A DNA stretch of 64,000 nt, taken from positions 3,187,854 through 3,251,853 of the forward strand of contig NW_019091361.1 of NCBI RefSeq assembly GCF_001949145.1, written 5' to 3'. Source of the stretch: Acanthaster planci. Its lineage: Eukaryota. The translations under genes were made by a program, and so were the position numbers. The notes below the pieces were generated by a model, which saw only the letters and a program-made list of their open reading frames with translations, was not told where the DNA came from and did not search any database. Within the stretch, counting starts at the first letter, position 1. Each line of letters begins with the position of its first letter. This document shows, piece by piece, positions 38,601-50,101 of the stretch.

Positions 38601-41465
38601 AATGCNNNNNNTTACCCATATATGGACAATACGTGATGCCCCTGTGCCCAAGCTATGGTAGTTGCCTGATATTCTAAGTACATGCTTCAGAGTTTTTCTT
38701 ACCCAAATTTCACTTTTTAGGACATGTTACCACTTTCTGACAACTGTTATTACATTCTAAGGAAAATTGGTGTTGTCCGTATCTGGGACCCTTTCCATCA
38801 CTTGGTTTCCCATCTTGGTGCAGAAGATTTTGAATGTGAAATTCACGCAGATGCCAAAATTTCACTGAAAAAATCCTCAGGACCTCATCTCCGCCTCTGC
38901 AAGATTGTGAAAAGGTTGTGGCAAAAAGGCAAGAAGAGATGCCCTTGCTTTTAATTCTTCTGTGGACTTTTTTTCTGTCCAACATATTCTCAACCTAGTA
39001 TGCAGTAAAGAAGGGTTTGAGTCTGACATCCAATAGACCGATTGCGCCCACTAAGTCACATGACCTATTGTGGGTATCAAACATCAACAGAGACAACGTC
39101 CTCCCATAGGAAAGTGTCATAACTGTCATTTACTAAAAAGTAAAACAAACGGCCAGTACAGTACTCACACTACCGAATGCCAAGTACTATATCGAAAATC
39201 GCCTTCATTTTTGGTAAATAACACTTTGCTATGGGAGTCATACCCACTCTAGGTCACGTGACTTACATATGGCTGGCACAATCGTTCTGTTTCCCATAAT
39301 GTCTTACCACATGCCAGCCATTCCTAACAGACCAACAGCAAGCCACTGTTGCCATGTTAGCCTCTTATGGATCACCAGTCGATACCAAACTGCAGTCGTG
39401 ACAATCTTCAAGTTACCAAGAACCTGATGATAAAGACAGTTCACGTAAAATGTGACCAACATCACTGCTTTGTATTGAAGCATTTCCACTTTCAGAAGTT
39501 GTAATGTTGGATCGAGACTCAAAGTATAGCTTGACAAGCAATTATTGTTGGAGCGATGGCATTTTGAAGATAATCATACGATGATGCAACGTCAAGGTCT
39601 TTTTTTTTTTACCAACCTGACTGCTTGCAGGGTCCATGTGTTCCTGAGCATACACAATGATGTTGTTGTTAACTCCATAGAGTAAGGCTGGAACAGCATA
39701 CGACAGACTCTTGATGAATGTACAGTGGGAGAACTGACTGCTAGATTGTGCACCGCTAGCCAAGTACATGACCAAGGAAAGGACTAACTTTTGGAAAGGA
39801 AATACCAATTCAAATGCAATACATTGTTTTAGCTGGCATTTGTCAAAATGAAAGAACATGATAAACTTGCTGTAATTTTAAACAAAAAGACGTAACACTT
39901 AAACATGTAAAAGAAAGCATTGTATTCTCTTGAGGGAAAGTTGGAGGGAAAGTAGAATGCTCCGATTACCTGGGGAATCTTTCTCTACATGTAAATTTGG
40001 ATCGGAAACCCAATCCTGAATTCATGGATCATTATGGTTTGAATCTTAACCTTTCCAAAGTTCCAATGATACTGGAACTTAGAACCTCTATCACTGCACA
40101 GGTGGCATGCAGTGGCGTCAAGAGCAGGAACTGACCTTGGCAGCTTCAATCAACACCACGACCGATGTAGAATGGAACGGTATCTGGCCGTCCACCTTAC
40201 AAAGACTTAATAACACGGAGTGGGATCCATAAATCAAAACCCTGCAACGATAGAAGACACCACAAGCTACGACAAAATCTTTCAATTCTGGGTCATGATT
40301 TCTCTTCAGCTTCTCAAGTTAAATTCGAGATATGTGTCATGTCACCAATTACTTAAAATTCAATCAATCAAAACTAGTAGCCATCATTAAAAATCCATAC
40401 CAGTAAAATATCAATAGCTACAGTTCCATGTATACACCTGTTATTGAATGGTCTAATTTTGTAACCCCCTTTTCTCAGGGGGAAGGGGGAGCAGAGAAGT
40501 GCTGACTGTGATTGCTTGATGTGAAGCTGTCTTTCCTCCACAATTAAACATTACTTCTTTTATCATTTTAAGAGGCTTAATTCACTATTAAATGCAAAAA
40601 TCTGATGGATATTTTAGGAGGAATGGGTGTGGATCGAGAAGTTTAGAGGAAACAAATATTCCATTATTGTTGGGTGAAAGTGAATTTTGCTTTGCACTGT
40701 TCGTATTAAACTAGAGCCCCACTGCAAACGTCAATGGGTCGTATGAATAAAAACTAACAAATTCTATGAAGTTCAAGCAAACAGCAAAAGCATTTACTGA
40801 GAAGTAAAAGCATTAAGAATAAGCAAATGCTTGAATTTGTATGCATAAAATGTTTCTTTTACTGTTCAGCACCTGCTTGTACAAATAGTACCAAATGCTT
40901 TACGCTTGTGGCTGACTTCAGTCAAATGGTTTTGCACAATAGGGCTTCCATTGTCTGCACGTACAGACACACACAGTGCAGCACGGTGCTGTATCTTGAG
41001 ACCTCAGCATGGCAGATAAGTAGGATGGCAATAATTATTTTCAAGATGTATTTTTTTTTTTGCAAAAAGCTTATTGTCAAGCGCAAGCTTAAAGAGCAAA
41101 AGGTAAATACTTTTTAGCAATTGCACTAAAGTAAAAGCATTTGCTTTGTTGTTATTCACAAGATAATGCTTCAATAATGGTAGTAAAACTAAAAGCAAAT
41201 TTATGCTACTTTTTATTCATACGACCCAATGTCCCAGTCACTTGGCTATGGCTGAGAAATGACATGTGACGTATGGAAAGCACTGCTAGTGCTACCGGCT
41301 AGCTGCAGCTTCTTCTCATGATAATTGTCTGTCACTGCTTGCCATGCATAGCCAAACAATTAGCTGGGACACTAACATTGTTATACCAGTGATGAGGTGA
41401 AAAAGTGGTCAAACTCACCCTGTGATAAGTAGACCAGCCCAGGCGATTTGCTCTCGTGTTGCCAT
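35611..41465 (-). CDS. SLC35A4: Probable UDP-sugar transporter SLC35A4, 326 aa; coding exons (minus strand) 41465-41419, 40241-40136, 39787-39617, 39423-39308, 37581-37425, 37020-36868, 35841-35611
   Basis: All six introns are GT-AG with consistent phases (981 nt in total). Peptides YGSHSVLLSLCKVDGQIPFHSTSVVVLIE, YAVPALLYGVNNN, HMDPASSQVLGNLKI, YCTISGAAGVYTEYILKRQ and GLIMSVVMKHGSNIIRLFVISCAM match vertebrate SLC35A4. Confidence 0.93.
38492..38620. mobile_element. Second, inverted copy of the 6358 MITE, interrupted by an assembly gap (N at 38606-38611)
   Basis: About 115 bp nearly identical to the reverse complement of the right half of 6358-6603, then Ns, then the TIR end TTACCCATA. Confidence 0.85.
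39032..39291. mobile_element. MITE with ~45-bp imperfect TIRs in an SLC35A4 intron
   Basis: AATAGACCGATTGCGCC..AAGTCACATGACCTATTGTGGGTAT versus the reverse complement of ATACCCACTCTAGGTCACGTGACTT..GGCACAATCGTTCTGTT. Confidence 0.7.
40736..41227. mobile_element. PIF/Harbinger (Tourist-like) MITE, 492 bp, AAT TSD
   Basis: AAT|GGGTCGTATGAATAAAAA ... TTTTTATTCATACGACCC|AAT, with many AAGCA subterminal repeats. Confidence 0.85.
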
Positions 41466-42967
41466 TCTACAACTTGCTAGAGTTTAAGGCTTGGCCATAC
41501 ATGTTGGCTCTGGGCACTTGGCAGGTACTGTCAATAAAATAAATCATTAGCAGACGACACAAGCGCATTTTTTATGCATCTACTTGATAGCAATGTCCAA
41601 CACTCTATGCTACGAACATCAGCTACGTTCAGAGACGTACATGTGTATCCAGCGCACGTCAGCGGCTGAGCAGCATAAGCGGGGAGGCGGGCAATTTCAA
41701 TTGTGGAAATTGGAAAATACTAGACCAGTCGCTTCTAGAAAAAAAAAATCCACCCCCGTCTTAGCTCTACTAAGTAAGTGGAGCGTAGTATTCCTCTTTA
41801 TATGACGATCACGTTCAAAATCGCAAAAGAGGAATTTACTATTATTACTAACGCTCCACTCAGTAGAGGACGTACCCCCGTCCAAAGATCTGGATATAAC
41901 TTATAAGACTGAAACCAACTTCACCATGCTCAAGTTCGATCAACCCAAAAGATGTAAAACATCAATTTCAATAAAGTAACTAATTGATTGATGCAACTCC
42001 TTCAAGTTCAAGCAGATCTGTTTTCCTTCCTCCATGAGCAGACGCACCATGAGCCGACTGTGAATTGAGCAGATGGGACTAACTGCAAGCAACTTCCAGG
42101 AGCTGTATGCTGTCAGTCGGGGTACGACCTCGACGAACTGCTATGCTATAGTAGCGCACTAAATGCGTGGAGCCCGACTAATTCCGGCAGCAGGAGGAAT
42201 GTTAACCACGGTGACCTATTGAGCGAACACCAACTTCGTGTGATTGGTGTGGTGAATGTCTTTTTGAAAACCCAGCTTTATTATTTGAGTTCTGACAACT
42301 TACCAAACCGATAAATGAGAAATGAAATAGTTACCACTTATTCAATTTAGCTACAGGTTGTAGGTACCTATTGCTTTTTTGTTGACATGGATGTAAATTA
42401 TTGTCATGGTAAATTGTACTTTTACGTGTGGTGGGGCACACCTACTTCGTACACGTAGATTTTCATACAGTGTAAGGCTAGGATGTGTGATCTTGCTTTG
42501 TGTAAATGCAGTTAAATATTGCTGGTGCTGTCAGGTTGCTTGTAAAGTCCAAAGTTTTATTAGACTGCAGACCTACTGGAAAAGAAATCTCAGCTGGAAA
42601 AGAAGTCAGGCCTAGGCCTACACGTACTTCAAGTTAACATGCTTTTTCTGCACTACCAAGTTCTCTATGAAGTATGAAATGTCATGTCTTGCATGGATAA
42701 ACGGGAGCAGAGTTGTACAAGAAATTTGCCATTTTATAGGCCTGCTAGTAGTAATTGGTATTAACCTGCAGTCCTTGTGCTGTCACTTTGTTAGAGCCTG
42801 GTCAGAACAATCCAAAAAATATGACTTATGAAGTAACATGCCGAATGTCAAGAGCCTTGTTATTGTACATGTGTGGATTCACAAAGTTTCAAGTCAACAT
42901 TTTTGTGTTTCATCCATTTTCCGCTAACTTTCGTCCGGCCTCTAGTCACGGATACGTCATCACCAAC
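41466..42967. promoter_or_regulatory. Probable bidirectional promoter and 5'-UTR introns shared by SLC35A4 and DOLK
   Basis: The divergent ATGs are about 1.5 kb apart. Each start codon is preceded by a splice acceptor (minus strand at 41528-41530; plus strand at 42943-42945 with branch point GCTAAC), so both non-coding first exons probably lie in this interval. Confidence 0.6.
41761..41873. mobile_element. Fold-back MITE with 9-bp TSD (Mutator-like)
   Basis: Direct repeat ACCCCCGTC at 41752-41760 and 41874-41882; arms CTCTACT..AGTGGAGCGTAGTATTCCTCTTT and AAAGAGGAA..TACTAACGCTCCACTCAGTAGAG. Confidence 0.65.
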
Positions 42968-45900
42968 ATGCAGAGGTCTGAAATCCAGGCTCCCCAGTGG
43001 CTGGAAAGTGCTGTAACTGTGGTTGGAGTGCTAACCATCATCAGTTCTGATGTGCAGCCAGCTAACACAGTGTGGTTGACAGCAGGTTAGGAGGAAAAAT
43101 GGTTGGCGTACGGCTTCAGTGTTCAAGTTCACAGATCTGTTTCCCGAGCATGTTTTCCTGAGGAACCTTGACAAGAGACAAATCTGTTCGTTCATAATGC
43201 TCACTGCAAGAGGTTGCTGACCTTCAAAAAATAAAAAAAAATCTAACTTTGGGCAAAATTTGTTCAGAAAATTAAAGCTTGGAGATGTTAAAAACAAACC
43301 ATCAGGGTGTTTCCGAGTGTTTTCAGTGACTGAGACGCTGATGCCCAGACTTGTTCATATACACCATATGTTGTTTATTTTTTCTCCAACAGTTCTTGTT
43401 TTGGGATTAATTGCCCAAGAGATGGAAAGTGCAAGCAGAGGTCACCTTAAGGCAGAAGTACATTTCAGGTGATTAACATTCACAGTTTACAGTACTAAAA
43501 TATTCTTGACCAGATACTTGAAAGTAAGAAGTTAAAGCACATTCAGCTTGAAAAAAGGTTCTTGTTTGGCTTTTTTTAGTAAGAATTTCAACTTTATCTC
43601 CATTGGTTTATTAACTTATAACTGACAATAACATTTTTTACATGGCTTAAAACTATATTTCATTTTCTGTTCTCTTGACAGACCACACACAAATTCTGGC
43701 CTGTTGCTAGGCAACCTTCTCATCCCCTTGGCAACTGCATCCACACTCCAAGCTAACCCGAGCAGTTCCAAAGTGGACAGTTACTACCTTATCGCAGTGG
43801 TTCTCCTGTGCACACTGACTCCAGTGGCCATACTTCTGTGCGCCATGACAAAGATCAGATTTCTCATTTCCTATGAGCAGCGTTTTGTGCATCAACTTTT
43901 GATTATTCCCGTCTTGGGACTCCTTGTGTGGTCTTCGTGGTTGAGACACCGACTAGTCACCCTGGTTGTTTTGGCAGTGGCCATACCACTCACAGGTTTG
44001 TCTTCTATTACCCAATTCTGTTGCACCTGTGGTGGGGGGTGTGCATTGGGCCCCCTCTATTTCTACCCGGGGGGGGGGAGGCTAATGACTCTCACTTTTG
44101 GCAGGTCCTTTAATAGAACACAGTGGGGCGGGGCTTAACCCTAACCCTCCTCAATCCTTCACCTGTTGGAGGATTGAGGAGGGTTAGGGTTAATGAATCA
44201 GTCTTCTAATGCCTGATAGTCTCGCAACTCACTCCCCACCTTGAAATCATTCTGTCACCATTGGTCTATGTACCAATCAGTCATATTAATCAGAAAACTC
44301 TGTTGTTTTATTTCATTTGTATTCAGCGTCCTAGTTCTTGTTTTAGATTTTGTCATTGATCTTTGGCCTGTACTGAAGAAATGCATTTTGTACAAAAAAA
44401 ATTGTGCTTATACTAGGGGCAGGTATTTGTAGACTTGCTCATGACAATTACACTGGTCAGTAATTGCATTTGCAAGAAAAATATGAGAAATTATGTCAAT
44501 TATTTCTCTTGTTATTGGCATGCATGGAGTACTCCTGGGAATGTACTAAACTGCAACACTGTTTACATTGTTTATCTGTCAATGAATCCAGTGACCGTGG
44601 CAACACTGTCTCTAGTCTTATGTGGTGGCCCCCACCAATGGCCCTGAATGTCGTGATAACTTCATGTATGGTATGTTCTATGAAAGTCACTTGGTACTAA
44701 ATTCTGTGCTGTGTGCCATTGAAGGGGGCTGTTGGAGATGTGCAGTGAAATATAGTCCAAAATTCATCCACAGAAGAAAGATTGTGTTTTCTTTTCGTTT
44801 CTTGTAATGCGGCCTCCACTTGGGCTGTCATTCACAGCCTATTTCTTCCTAACCAGGTTACTCTATTTCCTGCCAAGGAGTTTCACGTTGGGCGAGGCCG
44901 TTTTCATTTCCGAGTCACTGACGCTGCTCATGCTGCAAGCAGCCTGCTCACTGACAGAAGGGACAGGGAATCTACTGGCATGCTTACAGGTGTGAAAGGT
45001 TACCTTCCCAGTTTCAGTTCTGTTATAAATTTTTTTTTTTTTAATTTCATCAATTTTCGCTTTCCTTAAGTTGTCTTTCAAATTTTTGGTTGGGAGATAC
45101 AGCGGAGTATGCTGGCAGGGTATTGATACGGACACGTCAAATTGGGTGGTTGGGGTTGTTGGGCGGAAGGAGGGTTGTACTTAATAGAAGTGGGACCTTT
45201 CTACCTTGCAATTCCTGCACCGTCACACGAGTCAACTCATGGGACTGTAGGGGCTCAAACTTGGGCTTAACCTCAGGGGAGGCCTTTTTCCGTTTGCCCC
45301 CCCCCACAGTGGCTTATGCTTAGAGTCTACCCAAGTATGTTATCTGTAAAAAAGGCTGAAGGCACAAAAACTAGTTGAAAAAGTATTGAAGTGAATTCGT
45401 AGGGAGATTTTATAACCCTGTCTCACATTGAGACTTTCTGGCTAACGTCTTCCATTGACATAGTGAAAAATGGGCAGAAGTGGCTGGTGCGGTTTAGCCT
45501 CTTTCTCCTACTGACTTCGAGCCCTGGAGCAATCATTCTGAGAGCGTGCCTTGGCAGCCACTATTTATAATTGCGTGCAATTTCCACAAAGTTTGCATCT
45601 GAGATTGAGGTTTCTCATTGGCACTGTCTCGTGTGTATTTAGGATTCCTGTCTGTATAAATCACAAATTGGGTCTCTTGAAATGCTGCCAATTGTTCTAA
45701 GCACTCAGGGAGGCAAATGGTGGGAGTAGCTTCTTTTCTTTTTGTTGGTCTGCTTGTAGATGTTGAGTGGTTCAACCATGCTCATTTAAAACTTATAACA
45801 CACTCTTCGGAGAGGAATTATTTCCTGTGCTTTATGTTCTGCAGGTTTTAGTTCTAGGATGTGTGGTGCTTGGTGTGGCAATTTATCCAGTAGCCAAAAG

Positions 45901-48900
45901 GTTACGAATGTTGTCTTGTGGTCAGCGTCCATTCAAGTGAGTGAACAGTAAAGGCACTAACTGCATTAACTGATCACCAATTCCCTAAGTCTCTAAAAAC
46001 CTAACTGTGATTGCTTGGCGGATAGAAAGAAGTCCCGGTTTTGTAACACTGCAAAGCACGTGTTATTTGGAAAATTTAATTTAACAGCCCCAAGTGAAAC
46101 TAAACACATTTTGTAATTCATTACATTTTTGTTCAGTGCTCAATGCAACATTCTCCTTGCCTGCCATTCAGGATTTAGCCACAGTTCGCAATAGACAATA
46201 GTAACTAACAGCTGGGGGCACTTGACCTGATGTTTTACACTGCAAGAAAGCTGTCGGGCCTATGGCAAATGGGAGTTGTGTCACCGTAATTATTCTCTGT
46301 GCCAAACCAATTTTCTTGCTTTAATTTTTTTTGGCCACAGAGAGGTTGACGTAGCCTTTAAGAAGTTGTCTGCTTATTTCTACCTGTGCCTTACAGCAGC
46401 CATCGTTCTCATACTTCTACCCTGGTTGGGATTCTTGCTTCGACAAGAACCACTCCGCTGGGGCGTGTTCTTTGTGACTGCAACAAGAACAAGAGTAAGA
46501 ACCCTATCATCTCTGTGACAATGGCTCCTTTTCAGTCTTGGTGATAATTGGAATAAAAAATTACTCGAACATGAAGCTTCCAGTTGTGGAATTGAAAAGT
46601 AGAGTTCCAAGCTGTATCCCTCTTGAGCAGAAGCACCCCCTCGTCGGTTGAAAAGAGCCACGGTGGTGGGAAATGTTCATTTTGTTGGTAGTGACGCGAC
46701 CATGTGCATGGCAGTCGTTTGTGAACCTGCAAAGGAGCCTCCGTTGCTTGGAAAAGTATGCCCTCTGTTGGTCCCCCTCAGGGGGGATTAGAACTGAAAG
46801 GACAGCGTTATAGAAATTACTACCAACTTTCTTGGCGTGGGGGGATTCTTTTTCAGATGAACAAATTAAGACAACTGCTTTTCAAACAAAGTTCCATTTT
46901 AGCCCCTGGACTGTAGATCTTGTTACCCCATTGCCGATAGGCTCTGCAAAATTAAACTTCTTAATGTGCTTTTTGGCTTCAGGATGCTAAGTTTACATGG
47001 TGTATTAAGCTAGCTTCAAACTACCTCTTCACAAAATGCCAAAATTGCACCTCATTTAATGTGCCAAAGGGTACTTAAATGGCACTGGACTGGCACCTGA
47101 ACTTACTATTCAACTTTCTAACTCTTGCCCGTAGAGTGTCCTTATACCAGAGGCCATATTGTCAACATCCAAACTTGTCAAATCTTGATTTTTATTAGGT
47201 TAGCTGTGTGGGTATCTACCCCTTTGATTACATGTTGAATATCGGCTCATCAGAATTTCTCTCCTTTGTTCCAGATGCTGCTGTTCTGCCTGTGGCTGCT
47301 TTTAGTTATTGGAGCAGTGGGCGTGGTCACACTTTGGGGGTCCTCCTCCACGATTGTCAGGAAGTACTTCCACCTCGTGGCCATCTGTATCTACGTCCCT
47401 GGTATCCTGTCTGATGTTCCCCTACTTCACCTAGCATCAGCGGGAACCCTCTTTATCTTTGTGATATTAGAGGTTGGTTCGTCGATCCTTCCTCAATGAT
47501 TTTTGTATTCAAACTGATGTACACCTGTGTCCAACTTAGCTTATTTACAGCTTCTCTTCATTCTATCTGACTTATTTACTATCCAGTTTCTCAGGATCTT
47601 CCGCGTATGGCCCGTCGGTGACATACTGCACAATGCATTCACCATGTTCGTAGATGACCAAGACTGTGGCATTGCCATCCTGACGCACATCTACCTGCTG
47701 CTCGGAATGGCCCTACCCGTCTGGCTATACGCAGAGGTCAGAGATCAGAGTCAGACTGGTATGGCATTCATGTTAAAATAGACTTCTATTTATCATGATA
47801 ATAAATGTTTGAATCTTTTTTCATCTTTTTGCTGAGATTATCTTGGCTATTGGCTGCAGTTATTGAAACCTCAGAAGAGCTAGAACACCCCAGTGCCTTG
47901 TCTGAAAATTTTGGACTAAAGTACGACTGGCATCCGTCCAACACTCTGTTATCACTGAATTAACGAACAAGGTTTTAGTTCACTGTGCTCAGTATTGATC
48001 TGTGAGGTACATGCAGTCTCTGTTTCTACTTATTATCTCTTCAGTTATGCCACCAGAACACTGGTCTGAACACTTGTCTGAGCAGACAAGAGTTCCTGTG
48101 GAATTTTTCACATATTGCCATTAATGTTCAGAAATGTCCACAGGGTGTAAATCACCTTTGATTTCCCTGCCTCACCGATTCTGAAATTTGTGAACTTGAA
48201 TGGTAAAATGCAGATATTTCTTAGCGGAATCGAAGAGTACAGGGATTACATTTCAAACCATCTGGCGTCAATATTGATAAGTTGTCTTCATTAATCTTCC
48301 ATGGTATGCATGCATTAGAGCTTCTGTAACCATGTTCTTTTGCAGGCATTTCACTGGCCATTTACAGTGGTGTTTTATCCCTCGGTGCTGGTGACACGGC
48401 AGCGTCTGTTGTAGGCTCCCTCTACGGCAAGACCAAATGGCCAGGTAGCTAAGCATTTCACACAATCTCAAAGACCCCCTTTTCGAAAACAAATTCAAGC
48501 TGCACGGATGATAGAGAACTCTAGTTGATGGCATAATTGTAATTCTATAACTGGGCAAGTGCGGGTGCTTGCTATACTGCGCTGCGCTACACTACAACAA
48601 GCCGTTTGTTTTTTATCAATGGTGCACACACAATACGGTGCCACTCATCCAATGGCCTTACTTCAACCATTCTCCAAATCCTATCGACACCCACTTTTCG
48701 TTTGTTGGTTTGTATCTCTCACTCCAATTCAGGCCTCTGCCATCTGATGCAATTATTTTTATGTCAGTGGTTCCCTTTATACTTAATAATGAAAAAGACT
48801 ATTGATAACCAGTGCTGCAACCTTGCCTTGGGCATGGTTCCAAAATGGTCGACTAGATAGTCCAGCCATCCACCATTCGTGGGATATTTTCAACTGTACT

Positions 48901-49305
48901 TGTTGCTGGAACTTGCCTGTTGTTTTCTGAGTATTTGTCACACTTTATGCAAAGTGTGGAGCTTCAGTGCCAGTAGCCTGGAATTTTAAATAAGTTATTC
49001 AGGCTAAAGATGTATCGAGTGTGTTTTAATTATGAAAAATATCACTTGAATGACAAGATTCATTTCCACTTTTACCGACAGGCAGTAAAAAGACTCTCGA
49101 GGGGACATCTGCCGCCATTTTGTGTCAGCTCCTTGGTTGCTGTATGCTAGTCTACCTGGATCCACGTCTTGCTGCTCTTAACAGATGTCGAGCTGGAATC
49201 ATATGGGCGGTTACCCTGACCTCTGTCTTAGAAGCTGTCACCACACAGATAGATAACCTGGTCTTGCCTGTGTTTATGTATTCACTGTTGCTCAGCCTGC
49301 AGTGA
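42968..49305 (+). CDS. DOLK: Dolichol kinase, 532 aa; exons 42968-43085, 43393-43468, 43682-43995, 44838-44989, 45845-45936, 46341-46494, 47275-47472, 47587-47758, 48346-48444, 49082-49305
   Basis: Nine GT-AG introns, phases consistent (1599 nt). Motifs [69 protein letters not shown] (CTP-binding region) and TTQIDNLVLP are diagnostic. Confidence 0.95.
44135..44193. mobile_element. Perfect 24-bp-stem hairpin; minimal piggyBac-like element (TTAA|CCCT...AGGG|TTAA)
   Basis: TTAACCCTAACCCTCCTCAATCCT - 11 nt - AGGATTGAGGAGGGTTAGGGTTAA; the arms are exact reverse complements. Confidence 0.7.
46622..46785. repeat. Dispersed repeat in DOLK intron 6, shared with 25056-25280
   Basis: Same motif series and orientation as 25056-25280. 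Confidence 0.65.
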
Positions 49306-50101
49306 CAATTACAAGGGCTAGGAATCATGATTACCAGTCCTCCTCTGGCCAAGGACAACAATAAATATTAATTTCCAATATGCCAAAAATAGAATTTTGT
49401 CTCCCTTGGCGATGAAGTGCTTTGACAATTTTGCAGAGTGGCAATTGTTTAAAAGAAGAGGTGTCTTCAGAAAAGGTTGGGGCCATTTTGATCATAATTT
49501 TAATGTTTTCAGTTGGGAAACATGGCCTATTGAAATAAGTGATATTTTAGTCCAAATATTCTTGTGAAGGCAGTGTTGTACAGTTGTTTTAACAGGTAGT
49601 GAAGCTTACTTAAAATAGTTGTAAATGCACACGTTTCACAGGTTTTATGAGTTATGAAATTATAAATGCTAATGTAAGATGACCGAGGCACCCATTATCA
49701 TGGTGTTCTAAATACATTTAATCAGAGAAATTGTGTTTTATTTTTGTACCAGAAAGAGGAAAGATATTGAATAAAATCTTGTATTTGTGAAGAGGATATT
49801 ATTGTAATCATACAGGAGGGATATTGAAAACGGAATGCAAATGAGTTTGATTTACATGCCGTGTATGTTGTCTATATAGGTTACCATATAGTACATGTTC
49901 ATTGTTGCATTTAGAAATGAGAGAAAAAAATTAACCTCAAAACCTCAGTCCAGCCACACAAACTGAGGCCCCAAAATCCATTGGTTTGGGAACCGCTACG
50001 AGACAACCCCAAATAATGCACTCATACGTGAATGCATCCCTGGCCGTTTTGTCTGTGCGTGCGATCGACAGTGCCTTAAGCTTGCATGCATGTTACAATA
50101 T

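Noticed and set aside
41530..42945. Homolog of the vertebrate SLC35A4 upstream microprotein
   Set aside because: I saw no minus-strand ORF with the expected G-rich TM / AQxYxVP motif, only an unrelated 36-aa ORF near 41940-42050. A spliced or divergent version cannot be excluded without tblastn.
44136..44192. Interstitial telomere or chromosome fusion site
   Set aside because: Only about two TTAGGG units per side, and they are part of a perfect hairpin better explained as TIRs.
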